DNA of 20,000 nt, from sequence record SRR31156797_6344; one strand, given 5' to 3'. Shown in pieces: positions 16,874 through 20,000 of the stretch. Positions within the stretch are counted from its first letter, which is position 1, and the number at the start of each line of letters is the position of its first letter. Both the position numbers and the translations under genes were made by a program. The notes beneath the pieces are model-generated. The model was not told the origin of the DNA and searched no databases. It saw nothing but the letters and a program-made list of their open reading frames with translations.

Positions 16874-17414
16874 TGCTTTCTTCCTTAAGTTGTTGAATTT
16901 CATTGATTAAATGCAGGATGAATTGAATGAACATCAAACAAACAGTAAATAGGATGATTCCTTTAAGAAGTGCCGGAAACGGTGGGTTCCATGCTGAGCC
17001 GGATGTTTCCAGGCGAACGTCACCCCATGGGGTAAACCAAGAGTTTTGGACGGTTTGCCATGCAGCGTAAATCAGCAACCCGCTAAACAATAGGCCAGCA
17101 AGGTGATGGAAAATATTCAAATAGTGCTTGGTTTTTTGTGACACTGAATCATAGATCAGAACAACACGAACGTGTTTGTCCGTCGCTAGCGCGTATGCAC
17201 CACCAATGACAAACAATGCGCCACCAATGAATGAGGCCGTTTCATGAACCCAAATGGTCGGGGCGTTAAACAAGTAGCGGCTCGCTACTTCATAAAATGA
17301 AATAATAACTGTAAAAACAAACAACAAACTAAATAGTTCGCTAATTTTAGCTATTGCCTTATCAAGAATGTTATGGGGCATTTCAGCCACATTATTTGTG
17401 TCTGAGTCTTTCAT
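16866..17414 (-). CDS. TRAP transporter small permease (DctQ)
   Basis: Four TM segments; 'YEVASRYLFNAPTIWVHE' and 'HVRV'; located between dctP and dctM. Confidence 0.92.
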   Translation of the reverse strand: MKDSDTNNVAEMPHNILDKAIAKISELFSLLFVFTVIISFYEVASRYLFNAPTIWVHETASFIGGALFVIGGAYALATDKHVRVVLIYDSVSQKTKHYLNIFHHLAGLLFSGLLIYAAWQTVQNSWFTPWGDVRLETSGSAWNPPFPALLKGIILFTVCLMFIQFILHLINEIQQLKEESND

Positions 17415-17426
17415 AGATTTAATTCC

Positions 17427-17457
17427 AAATAAAATAGGGAGGAGATTTCCTCCCTAT
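17427..17457 (-). terminator. Terminator-like / stabilising hairpin after dctP
   Basis: 10-bp perfect stem ATAGGGAGGA (17434-17443)/TCCTCCCTAT (17448-17457), followed on the - strand by TTTATTT. Confidence 0.75.
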
Positions 17458-17467
17458 ATTTAACAAC

Positions 17468-18484
17468 TTATAGAAGGCCTGATTCTTTCAGGTAAGTCGT
17501 GATTGAATCGTAGACTTTTTTCGCATTTGGTGAGAGCTCTGCATATTTTTCCCATTCACCCATCGCGATTTGACGGAATTTTTTACGTTCCTCAGCTGGC
17601 CAGTCATGAATAGTGATATTTGGGTTTGCTTGCGCTTCCTGAACGGCTTTTTGGTCAGCAATGCGTAGCTGTGTTGTGATGTCCTCAGCAAAGTCACGAA
17701 CTGAAACGGTCATGATTGCTTGCAAATCTGCTGGCATTTTGTCCCATTTCTTCTGACTCATTGAAATATCGATAGTCGGAAGTGAGTGGAAGCCAGGCTG
17801 CACAGGGTGGGTAGCAATGTCATTCATACCCGCTTTATGGTTAGTCGAGAATACCGTGTAGTCTGCGGCATCGATAACACCTTTACTTAAACCTGTGAAC
17901 ACCTCAGAGCCCGGTAAGTTTACTGGTGTTGCTCCAGCGGCAGCGAAGACCTGTTGAACCAAGCCTTCTGGTGCACGTAGTTTCAAGCCTTTAAGATCGG
18001 CAACGCCATTTAGTGGAACTTTAGATACAAACGATTCAACACCTGTTGTCGAACCACCAATGTATTTAACACCGTAAGGCGCATACAGCTCAGTCATCAG
18101 CTCGTAACCGCCACCATAGTTGATGTATTGCAGTAGCTGTCGGGTATCAGACCATGCACCGACCATGTTACCAATCAGTCCGAAAGCAGGATCTTGACCT
18201 GTGAAGTAACCTGTTGCCGTGATATGACCATCGATAACGCCCATTTTAATTGCGCCTAAAGTTTCCGTGTGTTTTACCACAGCACCTACAGGCAACAGGT
18301 CAATTTCGATACGACCACCTGACATTTCTTCTACGCGCTCAGTCCATTCTTTTTGAACCTGAAAGTTCTTGTCACCAGAAGGGTCACTGGATTGAAATTT
18401 AAAAGTGAAGTCAGCAGCGAACGCTGAGGTTGACAACAACGCTAGGGAGATTGCTGAGGTTAGGGATTTTTGTAAGATGTTCAT
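17468..18484 (-). CDS. TRAP transporter substrate-binding protein (DctP), predicted gluconate/sugar-acid binder
   Basis: Signal peptide ending in AFA; 'MSGGRIEIDLLP', 'DLKGLKLR' with the conserved carboxylate-binding Arg, and 'GVIDAAD'. Ligand is inferred from the operon. Confidence 0.92.
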   Translation of the reverse strand: MNILQKSLTSAISLALLSTSAFAADFTFKFQSSDPSGDKNFQVQKEWTERVEEMSGGRIEIDLLPVGAVVKHTETLGAIKMGVIDGHITATGYFTGQDPAFGLIGNMVGAWSDTRQLLQYINYGGGYELMTELYAPYGVKYIGGSTTGVESFVSKVPLNGVADLKGLKLRAPEGLVQQVFAAAGATPVNLPGSEVFTGLSKGVIDAADYTVFSTNHKAGMNDIATHPVQPGFHSLPTIDISMSQKKWDKMPADLQAIMTVSVRDFAEDITTQLRIADQKAVQEAQANPNITIHDWPAEERKKFRQIAMGEWEKYAELSPNAKKVYDSITTYLKESGLL

Positions 18485-18539
18485 TAATTCGTCCTTTAAT
18501 TTGTTTATCGGATCTCTATCTTTCTTCTATTACACCCGA

Positions 18540-18576
18540 ATGTTACCGGGAACATTGCATACGTTACCGGTAACAT
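18540..18576. promoter_or_regulatory. Tandem GntR operators overlapping the predicted -10 element and TSS of the gnt operon
   Basis: ATGTTACCGGGAACAT (18540-18555) and ACGTTACCGGTAACAT (18561-18576), each one mismatch from ATGTTACCGGTAACAT; centres 21 bp apart. Confidence 0.88.
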
Positions 18577-18584
18577 TGTGTAAC

Positions 18585-18606
18585 ATCTAAGAAACAGATC
18601 ACATTT
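18585..18606. promoter_or_regulatory. CRP site, class II geometry
   Basis: ATCTAAGAAACAGATCACATTT: the right half matches the consensus AGATCACATTT exactly. Centre 18595.5 is 41.5 bp from a TSS near 18554 implied by the - strand -10 TAACGT (18566-18561). Confidence 0.7.
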
Positions 18607-18757
18607 TAAGACCTCTTTAATATTTGGTGTTGCTGATGTTGTTTTGGCCTTGGCATAACATTGACAGTGTAGTCGTAAAGCTTGATATGGACATTTTTTC
18701 AACTTTGAGTTATATCTCGCTAAATAGCTTTGAGTGATGGTTGGTGAGGGTAAATTG

Positions 18758-19399
18758 ATGTTAGAAATGTTTGGGGTGATCAATATTTGGACTTATCTAG
18801 TCGGTTTGACCATGATTATCCTCGCACCAGGCCCAAACTCTCTGTATGTGTTGAAATCAGCCTCTTCTCTTGGTGTTAAGGCGGGATATAAAGCGGCTTC
18901 AGGCGTGCTCATTGGTGATGCTGTGCTTATTCTGCTTTCCTATCTTGGTATCGCATCTCTGATTCAAACATCTCCGGTTTTGTTTACCGTTATTCGTTAT
19001 CTTGGCGCGGCTTACTTACTCTACTTGGGAATCAAAATTCTTCATCAAATGATGAGTAATCACAAAGGTGATGAGGTAAAAGTTGAACGTCCCAAGAGGA
19101 AAGAAAATGTATTTGTGAAATCGCTAACGCTGAGTCTCACTAATCCGAAAGCGATTCTGTTTTATGTATCGTTTTTCATTCAATTTATCGACTATACCTA
19201 TGACCACACATGGGCATCGTATCTGATTCTGGCTGTTATTTTGGAAGTGTTTAGTATTGCTTATCTCAGCGCGTTGATCTTTTTAGGCTCGTCACTGACT
19301 CAACTGTTTAAGAACAACAAAGTGTTAGCAAATTTAGGTAATGGCTTATTAGGAATGTTTTTTATGGGCTTTGCAGCGCGATTGGCGAGCTTAACCTAA
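18758..19399 (+). CDS. leuE: Leucine efflux protein (LysE family)
   Basis: 'FGVINIWTYLVG', 'APGPNSLYVLK', 'GVLIGDAVL' and 'LSLTNPKAILFYVSFFIQF' closely resemble E. coli LeuE. Start set at ATG 18758 after RBS GAGGG. Confidence 0.88.
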   Translation: MLEMFGVINIWTYLVGLTMIILAPGPNSLYVLKSASSLGVKAGYKAASGVLIGDAVLILLSYLGIASLIQTSPVLFTVIRYLGAAYLLYLGIKILHQMMSNHKGDEVKVERPKRKENVFVKSLTLSLTNPKAILFYVSFFIQFIDYTYDHTWASYLILAVILEVFSIAYLSALIFLGSSLTQLFKNNKVLANLGNGLLGMFFMGFAARLASLT

Positions 19400-19439
19400 G
19401 TAATACTACAGGTAGGGTGAGCCTAAAAACCAAGCGGTT

Positions 19440-19751
19440 TTAAGGCCATGCACGCTTTTTGCCACTGTTTGCTTTGATCAGTTCCATGGTTTTCTTCGAT
19501 TTATCTTCTATCGCGCTTAAGCTCTTAGTCACATTCGTTTGGAACTGCTTATTTTGAGCCAATTGTTCGTAGTCAGTTTGTGGGGCAGCAGGCTTTTGTA
19601 GCTTTGTGATCATCTGCGCTAGCTGTTTATTCTGACTTTCAAGTGTTTTCACTTTTAAGTGCAGCTCTTTGAGTGTGGTGTTTTGCGCTTCGATTTTGGA
19701 CTCAATGCTGTTAAAGGCTTTAAGTATCTGTCCAATATTCTGATCCGACAT
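19440..19751 (-). CDS. Hypothetical coiled-coil protein, 103 aa
   Basis: RBS GGAG upstream of the ATG; heptad-like 'FNSIESKIEAQNTTLKELHLKVKTLESQNKQLAQMITKL'; no family recognised. Confidence 0.65.
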   Translation of the reverse strand: MSDQNIGQILKAFNSIESKIEAQNTTLKELHLKVKTLESQNKQLAQMITKLQKPAAPQTDYEQLAQNKQFQTNVTKSLSAIEDKSKKTMELIKANSGKKRAWP

Positions 19752-19913
19752 TAAGTACTCCGAGTTGGGGCTGTTACATCATTACTGTTGTCAGCAAACA
19801 ACATGCTATGCCAAAAAATAAGTGGCGTACCTTAAATTATACAGAACAAAGAATAAACCCCTTGTGTAAGAATTCGCTGAAATTATGGGTTACTTGGTAA
19901 TCGGTTGGGCTGT

Positions 19914-20000
19914 TTACACTTTTTCTTGAGTATTCTTTGAACGAGCCCAGCAAGCGCATAGGGTCATAATCCCGATAACGAGCAATAAATGTTTTCCCTG
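19914..20000 (-). CDS. Probable 3' end of a gene entering from beyond the window (possibly a membrane protein); reading frame uncertain
   Basis: Open frame QGKHLLLVIGIMTLCACWARSKNTQEKV* (hydrophobic helix plus basic tail). An alternative open frame runs to 19837. Confidence 0.3.
   Translation of the reverse strand, partial: QGKHLLLVIGIMTLCACWARSKNTQEKV

Noticed and set aside
682..17697. Remaining 60-140 aa ORFs nested in or antisense to called genes (e.g. 1826-2131, 3920-4267, 6007-6426, 16368-16769)
   Set aside because: Contained within, or largely overlapping, well-supported genes, with no motifs or independent translation signals.
18505..18783. 92-aa - strand ORF and 61-aa + strand ORF (18405-18590) over the gnt promoter
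   Set aside because: They overlap operators, the CRP site and real gene starts, and have no recognisable protein features.
19421..19446. Hairpin between the convergent leuE and hypothetical genes
   Set aside because: AT-rich stem with a mismatch and no U tail on either strand; too weak to call a terminator.
1..20000. CRISPR arrays, tRNA/rRNA genes, IS elements, integrase, prophage or recognisable anti-phage defence genes
   Set aside because: No regularly spaced repeats, RNA-gene signatures, or transposase, recombinase or phage motifs were seen by eye.

Overview
Vibrionaceae-like chromosomal window (inferred from gene content and protein similarity; not proven) with four blocks. (1) About 1-4430: the end of a peptide ABC ATPase gene and its terminator, then short, unrelated + strand genes (ClbS/DfsB homolog, Rho inhibitor Rof, Nudix hydrolase, DUF4336, carbon-nitrogen hydrolase, LysE exporter). 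Between them lie two unannotated pseudogenes (DUF6500-like, RidA-like) and eroded attC/Vibrio-repeat-like sequence, consistent with a decayed, integrase-less integron cassette array. (2) 4435-6604: soxR with a perfect SoxR box and a 19-bp-spacer promoter. Its first ORF is an unannotated 47-aa membrane peptide, followed by an MFS transporter; a second unannotated 42-aa hydrophobic ORF converges on the MFS gene. (3) 6822-11281: a divergent histidine-utilisation satellite (YjiH-family transporter and hutG, opposite hutF-hutD) with two HutC boxes, and no hutH/U/I/C in the window. (4) 11263-18606: a gluconate/Entner-Doudoroff operon dctPQM(TRAP)-gntK-edd-eda-gntR with tandem GntR operators and a class II CRP site. 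The window ends with leuE, a coiled-coil hypothetical gene and a probable gene 3' end. Family calls rest on motif recognition and recalled homologs; no searches were run.
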